Shown here: piece after piece, positions 1 through 11,600 of the stretch
Numbering within the stretch: the stretch's first letter is position 1
Layout: every line of letters begins with the position of its first letter
Origin: Rhynchobatus australiae
Lineage: Eukaryota
DNA length: 64,000 nt
NCBI GenBank assembly: GCA_034780895.1
Contig: JAUZTB010000001.1
Span: 47,918,235-47,982,234, forward strand
Reading direction: 5' to 3'
The notes under the pieces: generated by a model
What the model saw: only the letters and a program-made list of their open reading frames with translations
What the model was told of the DNA's origin: nothing
Database searches by the model: none
Translations under genes and position numbers: made by a program

Positions 1-527
1 TGTCGGCTGGAAGAAAACAATGCAACTGCACAACAATGATTGGGTGCTCATGATCATTTCAACAGTACGTACAAATGTATGCAAGGTTTAAGTTTCAAAC
101 AAAGCAGCTTCTTGAGAGTTACCTCAAAGTTCAGAGGGGAATGGTTATGATATAGGCTTGTTTTCTGTTGAAACAGCGATTAACAATTGTATATTAATAC
201 TTTTAAACACAAGTATAAATGCCATGATCATTAAATAAAAATAGCCAAATGTTCAAAGCATGTCCTGTAATGCAGTAATTATACTCTGAAGACAAAAAGG
301 TTCAGTGATTGTATTTCTGAATTGACTCCTCCAATAAAAGTTATCATTTACTTTTCTTTATGTGATGCCACAACCAAGTTCTGTGTCACTCTCTCTGATG
401 CACAGAATTTATTTATCACACCAAAATGGTTAACATAAACCAAATGTAAGTCTATTATTCCGGGGGTAGATTTTCAGTTATATCAGTAAGCTTAATTTAT
501 TGAATGACATGTCCAAAGTCACTATAC

Positions 528-3046
528 CTGATTTGTCCCTTGATTTTCTGCTCCCTTCATCCTGCTCTTTGGGTGAAGATGACCGAGAACTTCCTGATAG
601 CTTCCTCAGACTTGAAACTGGACTACATGACTTGGATTTTATCTTCCGAGGAGGTGCACCAGGACTCTCAGATCCAGATCCAAAACCATCCCTCCTCTCA
701 GAGGAAGATGATCGTTGCCTCTTTTTCTGAGGATACTTTGGTTCCTTTCCATCAATGCTTTCGAAAATAGGACTCTGCTGTCTTTGACTGGATACATGAG
801 GACTTTGGATATTTGAATTTTCCACTTCAGAGCTTTCTACAGTTTGCAGATCCTTATCACCTGTTGAATCAGATGACAGAGTACTGTCAGGTTCCTTATT
901 TTCAGGACTTACTTTTTGACAGCTCCTTTCATCTATTTTCTCAGTGTCTGATAGAGACTTTCTACTTTTTTGAGAACTGGGTGTAACCCGAACTGGGGAG
1001 GATTCTGATGCATCAGATTCAGGTTTTCTTTCACTAGAAGATACTCCATCAGGACTCTGTATTTCCTTCTCAGGTAATTGATTTCCATACATTCTATCAC
1101 ACGAAGTTGGGAATTGGGATTGGTCTTGGTCTTGGTCTTGGTCTTGCAAAGGACTATGACTCTGAGAAGGGATTTTTCCAGTACTATCTGCAGGACAAAG
1201 CATCCTTTTCTCATCTGATGTCTGAAAACCTTCAAACTTATCTTCTTCTTTACCATCAGGGCTTGCTCTCCCACTGTCAGTAGGTACAAATAGTGGTGAC
1301 GTCTCAGAATTAAGACCTTGAATTGATGTCAGCTGCTCTAAATCAGAGCCAGGCTTATCATTGCTCTCTTCTTCACTGGATGTTGAAGAAGATGAGGATG
1401 ATGATGAGGATGAGGAACAGGTAGAAGAGGAGGAAGAGGATGACGATGAAGACGATGAAGATGATGTACTGGATGATCTTTGTCTTGAACTTCTAGAAGA
1501 ATTTCTACTTCTGTCTTTTTTACTTTTCTCCAAATCAACGTCTTTACTTTTTGATTCGTCATTGCTGACATCTGCAGGTATATCTTTCCCAAAACTTGCA
1601 GGAGAGACAGTTAGAGTTCTATTGCTTGTGGAATGTATGTTTTCGGGCCAATTTTCTTTTCCTTGGTCAGGACTTGGTTCTTGGCTATATTCTTCCTGGT
1701 TTGCTGGAGTTTTACTTTCTTCCAGAGAATCTGGTTGTACCATTCTGCTTTTCTGAAAATCAGGAATTTCATTATGTGATGATCTAGGACTTTCTGTCTC
1801 TGATTTCTGTGTTTCTATTGCACTTGAACACGGTGAAGCATCAGGTTTTTGCTGCTGTGCTTCAGGAGTACATTCACGATCATCAACTCGACTTCTGGAG
1901 GAGATACTTGGAGAATTCTGTTTTGTACTTTCAGGACTGTTATTTCGGGAACACTCTCTAACAGAGCACACAGTGGACTGTTTTCTATAACTTTGTGACT
2001 TGGTGCTTGGCTCATTACTGTCTGGACTTTCAGAAGTATTTCCTCTTCCTTGTGTAACAATACATTCTTCTTTCCTTCTCCCTGGTTCAGATTCTACTGT
2101 TTTGTTACTTTTTTGCGATTTGTGCCTTACATTTGAAGAATGTGAATCAGGACTCTTGGAACTTTTATTATCTTCTCTGTGAGGACTGCGAGACGAGCTA
2201 TTTGATCTTCGACGTCTACTATCCCTGGTTTTCTCCTTTGAATCGAGACTAGAATGGAATTGCCTTGACCTCGAAGGACTATAGCTTCTTGAATGTGCTC
2301 GACGTGTACTCTCTTCTACCTGTAAACTTCTCCTATTACTGGATGGACGCGTTTCTTTAGATCTTCTTTTGTCCTTACTCTCTGGACTTCTTTTGTGGCT
2401 ATCAACCTTATCTGATCTACTGCTATACTTTGAAGTTGTAGCCTCTTTCCTTGACGACCGGCGAGGACTTCTGGAACTAGATCTGTATTCCCGCCTTTGT
2501 TGTCTAGGGGAAGAGCTATTCGATTTTCTTCTGTGCCTTCTGTTTCTGTCATCCCCAATTTTACTCCTTGAATCTGGACTGTATCTTCGCCTAATCTCTT
2601 GAGGACTATGACTTCTTGAAGGTTCTTTCCAAGAACATTCTGGAGATTGCCGTCTTCTATCACTCTCTGGCCTTCTTTCCTTTGACCAGCTTGATTGTTT
2701 GATATCTGAACGCCTTTCTTCTCTGATGGTTGGCTTTTCATCTCTTCTGTCTCGATCAGATGTCCTCATTCGGTGGTCCCCATGTGAGGAAGTTCTCTCT
2801 CTTCTCTCAGAGTGCCTTTCCTCTTTTCTCCTACTGGTATTTCTTGGTGATCTGCCTCTTTTCTCCTTCAGACTTGAAGAGGAACTCCGACTACTGCTTC
2901 CTGTACTACCACTACTGCTGCTGCTGCTACTGCTGCTGCTATTGCTGCTACTTCCACTTGAATTGCTTGAACTGCTGCTGGAAGAGCTGTTACTACTGCC
3001 ACTGCTGCTGCTTGATGAGCTGGAATCACTATCACTGCTGCTGTCC
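528..3046 (-). CDS. Large internal coding exon (2519 nt, ~839 aa) of a Ser/Arg-rich intrinsically disordered protein (SRRM2/SR-related composition; orthologue not recognised)
   Basis: The 763-aa ORF 478..2769 extends in frame upstream through a poly-Ser tract to the acceptor ttttctctcgtcag|G at 3047/3046. RS/SP/SSS-rich composition stops abruptly at the donor CAG|GTATAG (528/527). Confidence 0.85.
1120..1146 (-). repeat. Coding hexanucleotide microsatellite (CAAGAC)n giving QDQDQDQDQ
   Basis: ttggtc repeated about 4.5 times. Confidence 0.9.
1375..1476 (-). repeat. Coding poly-serine tract 2 (mostly TCN codons)
   Basis: Imperfect (GAT/GAG/GAA)n on the plus strand; translates SSSTSSSSSSSSSSSSSSTCSSSS... 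Confidence 0.9.
2889..3045 (-). repeat. Coding poly-serine tract 1 (mostly AGC/AGT codons)
   Basis: Imperfect (CTG/CTA)n on the plus strand; translates DSSSDSDSSSSSSSGSSNSSSS... Confidence 0.9.
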
Positions 3047-3759
3047 CTGACGAGAGAAAAGAGTAATTTGAGAAATTAGTGATAACTGCTGAAACTTTCC
3101 TGTAATAATTTTTCCCAAACAATTTTCCATTTTGGTCACTATGGATTGGCATCACAGTCATGTACAATAAAATCTAACTTTGCTCCTAAAAGGAGCCCAA
3201 ATCTAATCTTCATTAATCCACCAAACAATGCTATTTTCATCTTCTGTTAATCCATTATATTATTGTACATTACAGAATATGGCGAAATGCTATATAAAAA
3301 CATGACTTCTAGCCCGAGGAGCAAAACTGTTGGTACTTTGCTGGATGTCAAGCTTGCAGGGTTTGAGATGGAATTGGTACATCCACAATGTGCCTTCCAG
3401 CCATGCAAGCTTCGACATCCAGCAAAGCCCCGACAGTTTTGCCAGTTTTCTCCTCATTTTTTCATTCATAACAATATGGACATCACTTGACAATACCAAC
3501 ATCTGCTGTCCTTCCCCAATCACCACAAACTGAGAAGGCAAGAAGCCAGATGTAGGTCAAACAGTAAAGACGAACATTTTCATCCCCTGAAGGATAATGG
3601 TGAAACAGAGTGGCTTAAATGCTGCTCCTGCAGTTTTGAGAACACAATTCCTGAGGTCAACTTTCCATATTCAGATTTATTTACATATCTGAATTTAAAA
3701 TCCCAACTGGAGTGGTGGGATTATAACTCGAGTACCAATATTTCTCATTCTATTTCCTT

Positions 3760-3944
3760 ACGACATTGAAGCATTCAATTCATCATGTCCTTAGCAGTTC
3801 CCCCAAGCAATCCTATTCCCCCAGATATTTCTATCTTTTCTCTCACACATGCCCATTACCAATGGCCCCCTCCGCTCCACCCCACAAAATTCTTCTACTA
3901 CCCACCACATTAGGGATAGTTTACAGCAGCCAATTAACACAACA
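3760..3944 (-). mobile_element. Decayed 3' part of a V-SINE/HE1-like SINE, truncated by a gap
   Basis: tttacagcagccaattaac motif resembles the copy at 25615-25970. Confidence 0.4.
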
Positions 3945-5214
3945 NNNNNNNNNNNNNNNNNNNNNNNNNNNNNNNNNNNNNNNNNNNNNNNNNNNNNNNN
4001 NNNNNNNNNNNNNNNNNNNNNNNNNNNNNNNNNNNNNNNNNNNNNNNNNNNNNNNNNNNNNNNNNNNNNNNNNNNNNNNNNNNNAGTTCAATAACGTAAC
4101 CAAGTTCCCACTGGTGTAGAAGTAATGAGCAATGTTTGAATCATTTTTAAATGCATAAACTTCAGAGATGCTTGAAAGCTACTAAATTACAAATAATCTC
4201 AAAACTGTTAAATAATTTTAAAATAAAGAGAACAGAAATAATTTTAAAACTTGTCTCCCCTTTTGTTTGATAATTGCAACTCTACAGTTCCAAGCTGATT
4301 ACTCAGCACAAACAGTGGCAGGCGAGTTCATTGTGGAAGCATTAGATTTACTGACACATGAACTGCTGGCATTGCCATCAGGATCCAGCCCTTTATTTAT
4401 CTTCTATGAACAGGTGCATAATGCAACAGATGCATAATGCAACAGATGCAAAATTTACAGCAAAATCTAAATTCACTGGTTATTTAAAAGTATACAGATA
4501 AACAAAACAACACATTTATGGCACAAGTTTCATTCATACAAAATGAATAAGTGTAATTTGATGTACTTCAATTATAAAGAGATCATGAAGTACATTTATG
4601 GCTATAGATCAAACCTTCCGTGAACATTAATTTTCTCTTGAACTGAGTTACAAAGATTTGCTTCTTTTGGAAGTTACTAACCTGGACAACTGCTTTTGCA
4701 AATGGACAGAGTCCAACAGGAAATATGAAATCTTTTTTGAAAAACTCAAGTCATCAACAAGGGTCACACTTATGCAAAACTGTACGCTACAAATGCAAGA
4801 AATGCTGCAAACAAAGAGATTTGAGAAATACATGCACCCCATAAAGAATGACCAATTCACTTTCCATTACCATTTGACATCAAAAAGAGCAGTAAATCTG
4901 GTGCTGATGACAAGCCAGGCACTGAGCCTCCGGGCCTGGGCATTAGTGCTCACAGCCATCCGAGCATCAGCCTTTCAGCTGCATCTGTGAAGGAAGAAAA
5001 ATGGATCCATGCTCCTGTGCTTTGAGTCCAGGCCATCTCTTCTGCTTTGGAAATTTACTGTAATAACAATTAACAACTTGGATGTTGCTGAAAATAGATT
5101 TTGAGATGATATGGTTTCAAAAAGCAACCTCTTGAGAAATACTGCTGATAGGTCAAAGCAACCTTTCAGTGCATTTCCAAAGGCCAATAGTCAAGGTGAC
5201 AATGAATTACTGAA

Positions 5215-5600
5215 AGCTTGACTCAGTGGTAGAAATTTTGCCTCAAGGAGGCAGAATGTTGCATGCCAATATACCACCCAAATTAAATGCAATGAAAGAG
5301 AGCTCCACTGCCAGACTTTCATTCAAAAAGTGGTCATTAACTCGAGGTCTCATCTACCTATTCAAAATATCATGTGGTACCAGATTTATATAGAGCATTA
5401 TAGTTGTCTTAGTGAACTTCTATTCTTTCAACGGCAGCAAAACAACTCGGTTCATCATTCATACCATTACTATTTGTGAGACTTTGCACTAAACAAATTA
5501 GTTGCTACATTTGACTACGAAACCAGCAACACTTTTTTCCAAAAGTTATTCATTGGCTGGGAAGTGTTTCAGTTCACACAGGGGCTACAGACAGCAGTCT
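5215..5600 (+). mobile_element. Ancient SINE-like repeat (DeuSINE/SacSINE-like)
   Basis: tRNA-like head (ctcagtggtaga) and a body resembling 62170-62520 and the reverse complement of 10730-11090. Confidence 0.4.
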
Positions 5601-7651
5601 TCATTTGCAATTTTAGTCACTTCTTTAAAGTCAACTAATTTTTAAAAAAACATGTCAGTTGCAAGCTTCCATTAAGAGGTAGGAGAATGAGCCATTACTC
5701 CCATTCTCCCGTCACAGCCATTGATGCTGTGAATTCAAGTGCATAGAGGAAAAAACACTTCAATAATATTCTCCTTGAAGAATGAATAAAACTACTGTCC
5801 ACACTGGTTGCCGTAATTAAGATCAAACAAAATCCAATAGTTTTACCAATCTATATATCCATCAATCTAACAATATGACAACCTTTAGCCGACTGAACTA
5901 TAGTTACTTTTGCTTAAATATTTAGAATAAAATCACTTTCCTTGTACAGTAGTTATACTGGCACAATTGACTAAAATAATTCAACTGCTAACTGATATTT
6001 ACCTAGGCAATCAACTCTATTATGAACTCATTACTTTTCATTTTGTGGAAAAACTAGGTTTGTCTGGAACAACTTCTAGACCTTGCCACTAAAAATACAG
6101 TTTATATCCAAGTTGGTAAAACAGCACCACCGTCAGGCTTCAAGAGGTAGAGAAATAATAGATGGCAATTACGACACACAAGATTATTTTTGCTTTCAGG
6201 AGTGGTTTGAAAGAAGAATCTGGATTAATTCCCACTAAAAAGCCATGACCAGCTGATATAACCATTTTCTCAATTAGACTGAAGTTATTAATAACTTTCA
6301 AAATGCATCCAGGAGGCTAAACGAGAATAAATAAAAAGATCACCTGCAAGACAAAAAGTTTTCAACTATTTACATATTTTTCTAACTGAACTACTACAAA
6401 CTAACAGGGAAAATCCCTAATTGTGCTATTTATGTAATTAATATCTAACCTTACCAAACTTGCAAGGCAGTTTATTTTTTTGAATCTTAATGCTAACTAA
6501 CACAAAGTCTGAGGTGCATGAATATATCAAGAAATGAAATTGGCATATAAAAGAGAAAATTGGGTAACTGATCAAGAAGTTTTGATCAGTTCCAGTTTTT
6601 AAATCAGTTTTTAAAACTGAAGTTCCCGTTTTTAAATCTGCACAGTATTTCTTTTACAATTTGCCATGTATTTTCATATCTTTACAACCTTCAGGGCCTT
6701 TTTTTAATATAAAAGTGTGGAAGAACAGAAACAATCCAAAACTGATCAGATGGGGTTTTCAACCCAACCTCTTGCAGGTTGGCAAGGCAAGCAAGATTTC
6801 ATAACATGACAAGGCATTTCTACAGCACCANNNNNNNNNNNNNNNNNNNNNNNNNNNNNNNNNNNNNNNNNNNNNNNNNNNNNNNNNNNNNNNNNNNNNN
6901 NNNNNNNNNNNNNNNNNNNNNNNNNNNNNNCCATTAATGTGTCAAAATGTTCAAAGCATTCAAATCTTTTGAAGTATTTTTAAAGGTACAGACATGACAG
7001 CCAATTTATAGAATGCAAGGATGAAGAAACAGAAACAAAATTAGTAGTTAATTCATTTTCCTGAAATACTTGAAGAATAAATGCTGGCAAAAGCTTAAGG
7101 AAATTCCCCAATTGTACCATTGTTATTTATATCACACACAGTCCTTTGCATCTTCAACAATGCAGCATCACACAGTAATTTATAAATGCACCAGCCCAAA
7201 CTGCATACTTAAATCTTTGGCGAGTGGTTTGAATAAAAGTGATAAATGAAAGGATTATCAGTAATCCAATGAGACATTACAAATAGTAATCATTTCTAAA
7301 AGAAACATCTGCTTAACTGCCTTCTTTCAACAAATGAAAGATTAGGGTCAAAATGACTGTCTTGATTTCTAATTGATCCAAGACAACATCACAAACTTTA
7401 TCAGTATTTCTGTGGTCACTTGAATACTGGAAAAGGAGTAATGAACATTTTACAGGCATAATGCAGGTACTCCAAGGATAAAGTTTGAAACATTTTGTTG
7501 TCATTCATAAACTGAATTCTAGTGGAATAATGCCAAGATCGTGGGGGTCTTGTTCTAGATGTGTACATTTTAAACTACTTGTAATATTAAAGTACCATTT
7601 AGAGATAGGAGAGAATGTTTATTTCACTAAATCACCAGTCATCAGCATTTA

Positions 7652-8080
7652 ACATAGAACATGCATTTAACAGTAACAGGCCCTTTGGCTCACGATGTTG
7701 TGCCGACTTTTTATCATGCTCTAATATCTATCTAACCCTTCCCTCCAACATAGCCCCCCCCCCCCCCATTTCTGTGTCATTCATGTGTCTAAGAGTCTCT
7801 TAAACATCCCTAATGTATCTGCCCCCACAACCTCTACTGGTAGTGCATTCCATGCACCCACCNNNNNNNNNNNNNNNNNNNNNNNNNNNNNNNNNNNNNN
7901 NNNNNNNNNNNNNNNNNNNNNNNNNNNNNNNNNNNNNNNNNNNNNNNNNNNNNNNNNNNNNNCCTCCTCTCCAAAGAGAAAAGCCCTGGCTCACTCAGCC
8001 TATCCTCATAAGACATGCTCTCCAATCCAGCAACATCCTGGTAAATCTCCTCTGCACCCTCTCTAAAGCTTCTACATCCT
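7652..8080 (-). mobile_element. CR1 LINE 3' end (HER1-like), gap inside
   Basis: Translates LERVQRRFTRML / SYEDRLSEPGLFSLERR; typical 3' tail with aacatagaac. Confidence 0.85.
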
Positions 8081-10729
8081 TCGAACACAGATCAATCCCA
8101 TTTTGTTGTTACAACTTGCCATTGTTCCACCCTGAAGCCCATTCACATTTACTTAATCACCATCCTAATAATTTATTCTTTATATTACACTTATTTGCAA
8201 AATACCTTGTACATTTCCAATCATCTTGTTGGCCCCAAGAAAGAATTTCCCCAGTGGGTGCAGAAGAAAAAAAATTAATTCTTTGTTCAAAGAGATTCAA
8301 TTGGAAACCTTAACTGATCAACCCATCATCTCAAAACACAGCTGTACGGTGGGCTCCCGTGTAATCTTTATAATTCTCAGCTTTAAATAATCATGTATCT
8401 GCATCAAAACCATCTCAAAATGTATTTCAGCTGAATAATGTGCATTGTTTAACCTCCTTGCACTTATTAAACAGATTATATTAAAATACAACATGCAACT
8501 CATTTTCTATTTCACTAAGCACATCATAAAAATTAAGAGTACACCCAAAATGACAAGTTAATAGAGGCTAAGATTTGATATATTTCTTCAAAAGAACCAA
8601 TAATCCCTTTTTAATAGGGATAGGTATGCTGCTAAATTTCCATGGTTCACCTTTAAAATGTAGTGTTTACTTCGCTATAATTCTATTTATGTACCATCTT
8701 TCTATTTCAATACGTTTCTAAAGTTGTGAAGTTTCAGCAGAGAATAAGGCCTGATAGTGCAATATTTAGTTCAGTCAAGTATGACGGTCAATGGTTAAGT
8801 CTGCTGCTTGCTCCATTATTGCATGTGAGAGCAGAGAGAAGGGGAAAAAAATGTTTTTTTTTGCCAGGGTTATCAGAGAGCATGAAAGGGCTGTCCTTTT
8901 AATTCCAGATCAACCCAATGTAGATAGAATACATGTTTTCTATTTAAAATCAACACTTAATCACAAATATTAAATTGGAGTTTTTTTTAATATCTCAGTG
9001 CATTTTGTAAAAATGTGATAGACATCTGCAATGAAATCAATCATGGTAGAATATAGCAAAATGCCCTCCAAAACTGATTAGCAAAATATTCATTTGTTCT
9101 GTTTCTTGTGATTTAAAATATCTCAAACATGCAGTTAGAACAATAATGTCATTTACGTTTAGAACAGATGATAAACATGAATACAATTCCCAGCTTCACG
9201 GAACAATCAGATATGCATATATTTGCTGTAATTTTATGCCTTTAAAATGTATCAAAAATGAGAAGTTTGGAGTCAGAGATGTCATAATTTTGAAAGAGTT
9301 TAGAGCTGCAGAGAAAATAGTGCCTGAGAGAAAGTAGATTCATTCCATCCATATCTCCAAAATGAAATGGGTTCAACCCAATATTGGCATCTTCAGAGCC
9401 ACAATCATCACAAAATCCTCCACCAATGACATTTCTGCATACATCACAGATAAATACATACTTATCAGTCACTATTAGATTCAGATGGCTGTGCTTTCAC
9501 TAAGCCTACACGATTGATCACCCATGTGCACGACAAACATTTGAAAACAAACATTTTCAAGTGAACTAGAGGATGTGCTGAAAGAAAAACTGAGGAAGAA
9601 AAAATGATGAGAAGCTTGCTTAATGCTCTTCATCCAAATATTTTGCTAATTAGCCTGCAGCAACCAACTTTCAATGTTTGATAGTTGAAATATTCTGTAT
9701 TGAGAGCTATTAATCCCAATATGCCAATTAATGTAAAAATACTTCAATTTAGAAACAGTGTACTTAACCCATTTTCTAATTTAGAACTTAACATGCCCAC
9801 ATAGATGTTAAAATCTAGAATAAAGTTCTCATGCCACAAGAGGTTCTTGAATTCTGGTGTTGATCCTGGAAAACGTGCAGAAAAGCCTACTCCATTGTCT
9901 GGTCTGAAGTTCAAATTGGAGCACTGGCTCAAGGTTTGGATTTTTGGGTGAGGTTCCAGTGGCATTTTTGTTCCTGCTGATGTTTTGGGTCCTCCAAATT
10001 GACCAAAAACTATATCAACAAAGGGCTACTCAATCTGCACATGGCAATCAAACACAGCAGGGCATGAAGTTTCAAAACACATCCTTCCAAATTAAAGGTT
10101 GTGACAAAGGCCATCAGTTGGTAGTTCATTCTGAAGCAAGATTTACTAATCAAGGACAACCATCAACAGGTACCAATGAACTAATAAGAATCAACAAATT
10201 CCTCGACATAGCTATTTCTTTGAAGGATATAATTCACTCAATTATTCCCACACTAAAAAAACTTTTAAGATGCTGTTCAACGCTGCTTCCATTACTAATC
10301 TAATTGACAATGTGAAGATTAGAATTTCAAAATAATTAAAAGCAAAATAATACTTAAAAATTGAACANNNNNNNNNNNNNNNNNNNNNNNNNNNNNNNNN
10401 NNNNNNNNNNNNNNNNNNNNNNNNNNNNNNNNNNNNNNNNNNNNNNNNNATAAACTCATGATTGAGAATGCAACACAAAGTTAAATTGATGGAATTAAAT
10501 GAAGCAGGCTCAGGTGGAGCACCATCAGCAAGAACCGACAGGAATGAAAGGTTTGTTTGTACTTGGAACACTCATACAAATGCCAAGTATTTTTTAAATT
10601 AACATTAATTCCAAGGAACCCCCTCAAAAAAAATTACACACTTAGATTTTACTCATAAACAATGCCAATGAAAGCACTAACACATTGCATAATTTCATCA
10701 CATCTGCTTGACACATCAGAACAATGATA

Positions 10730-11090
10730 ATTTGTATTCATTAAAACCTTTAAGAGCAAAAGTCCTCAAGTACCTTAAGAAAAATTATCAAACAAAATTT
10801 GATTCTGAGTCACATAAAAGAAATACCTGTCAGGACTTCAAAATACTCCACAGACAGTGGAATACAGAGAATCAACTGTTCTAATCAGAATAATGTGGCA
10901 GCTAATTTGCACAAAACAAGCTCAAAAACAAAAGCAATGTAATAATGACCAGATAATCTATTTTATTGATGAAAATTGAGGGATAAATTTGTCCAGGACT
11001 CTATGGGTAATTCTCCTGCTCTTCATTGAAATGTTGTGATGATATCTAAGCTGAGAGGGCAGCTAGAGTTTCAGTTTAACAACTCAACCC
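10730..11090 (-). mobile_element. Ancient SINE-like repeat (DeuSINE/SacSINE-like)
   Basis: gcagctaatttgcaca...aatgaccagataatct...ttgagggataaat...ctgctcttc motifs recur in decayed form at 6935-7230, 27020-27130 and 54390-54460. Confidence 0.5.
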
Positions 11091-11309
11091 AGACACTCTT
11101 CTAAAAGATAAATTCTTTAGGTCAACTACCATAGTATCTTAATATCTCAAGGAAAGATCTAAAGAAACTGAGGGGTTCAGAAAAAGCAATTACATTAAGA
11201 TAACCAAGTTATTTTTGCCCCCAATTGAGGTTTTCAGGTTCAGTCTCTAAAGGGGTTTGCACATGGTACTATTCTCTTCAGCATTCTCATACAAATGTAT
11301 GAATTAGTA

Positions 11310-11600
11310 GTAATAGGCCAGTTGGCACCTTGAACCTGCTCCACAACTTAATAAGATCACAGCTGATCTGATTTTAAGCACAATTCTGCATTCCCAACTA
11401 CCCATAGTAACCACTCACCCAATTCACTTATCAAGCATCTATCTCTGCCTTGAAAATAGTCAAAGACTCTGCTTCCACCATCCTTCAAAGAAGAGACTCA
11501 ATTTGCAGAGAGAAAAAAAATACCTCTCATCTTAAAATGGTTGACTTCGTCATTTTTAAATCAGTAACCCCTAGTTCTAAAGCTGTCAAAAGGAAGCCTC
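11310..11600 (-). mobile_element. Old CR1 LINE 3' end
   Basis: taggcca...cctgctcc...ataagatcacagctgatctg...ctctgccttgaaaata...gactctgcttccacc pattern; its reverse complement is seen at 39870-40020. Confidence 0.6.

Noticed and set aside
123-164. 42-nt AG/GT-bounded micro-exon candidate on minus (cag|AAAAC...GAG|gtaact)
   Set aside because: Open only in phase 0, whereas the upstream exon ends in phase 1 and hits TAA; weak pyrimidine tract.
1361-1756. Plus-strand acidic poly-D/E ORF (131 aa)
   Set aside because: Antisense shadow of the TCN poly-serine tract of the real exon.
2699-3079. Plus-strand poly-Leu and poly-Cys ORFs
   Set aside because: Antisense shadows of the AGY poly-serine tract.
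4614-4642. Short minus-strand exon candidate ending GGAAG|gtttga (QEKINVHGR)
   Set aside because: Weak splice sites, and not needed because exon 1 is already in phase with the large exon.
4895-4975. SECIS or C/D snoRNA reading of the ctgatga-containing hairpin
   Set aside because: Wrong strand for the host gene, no apical AA at SECIS spacing, and not in a 3' UTR.
9268-9420. Intronic C/D snoRNA-like boxes on minus (GTGATGA...CTGA with tggag/ctcca)
   Set aside because: Terminal-stem spacing is wrong for a kink-turn, it is longer than typical, and no rRNA/snRNA guide was recognised.
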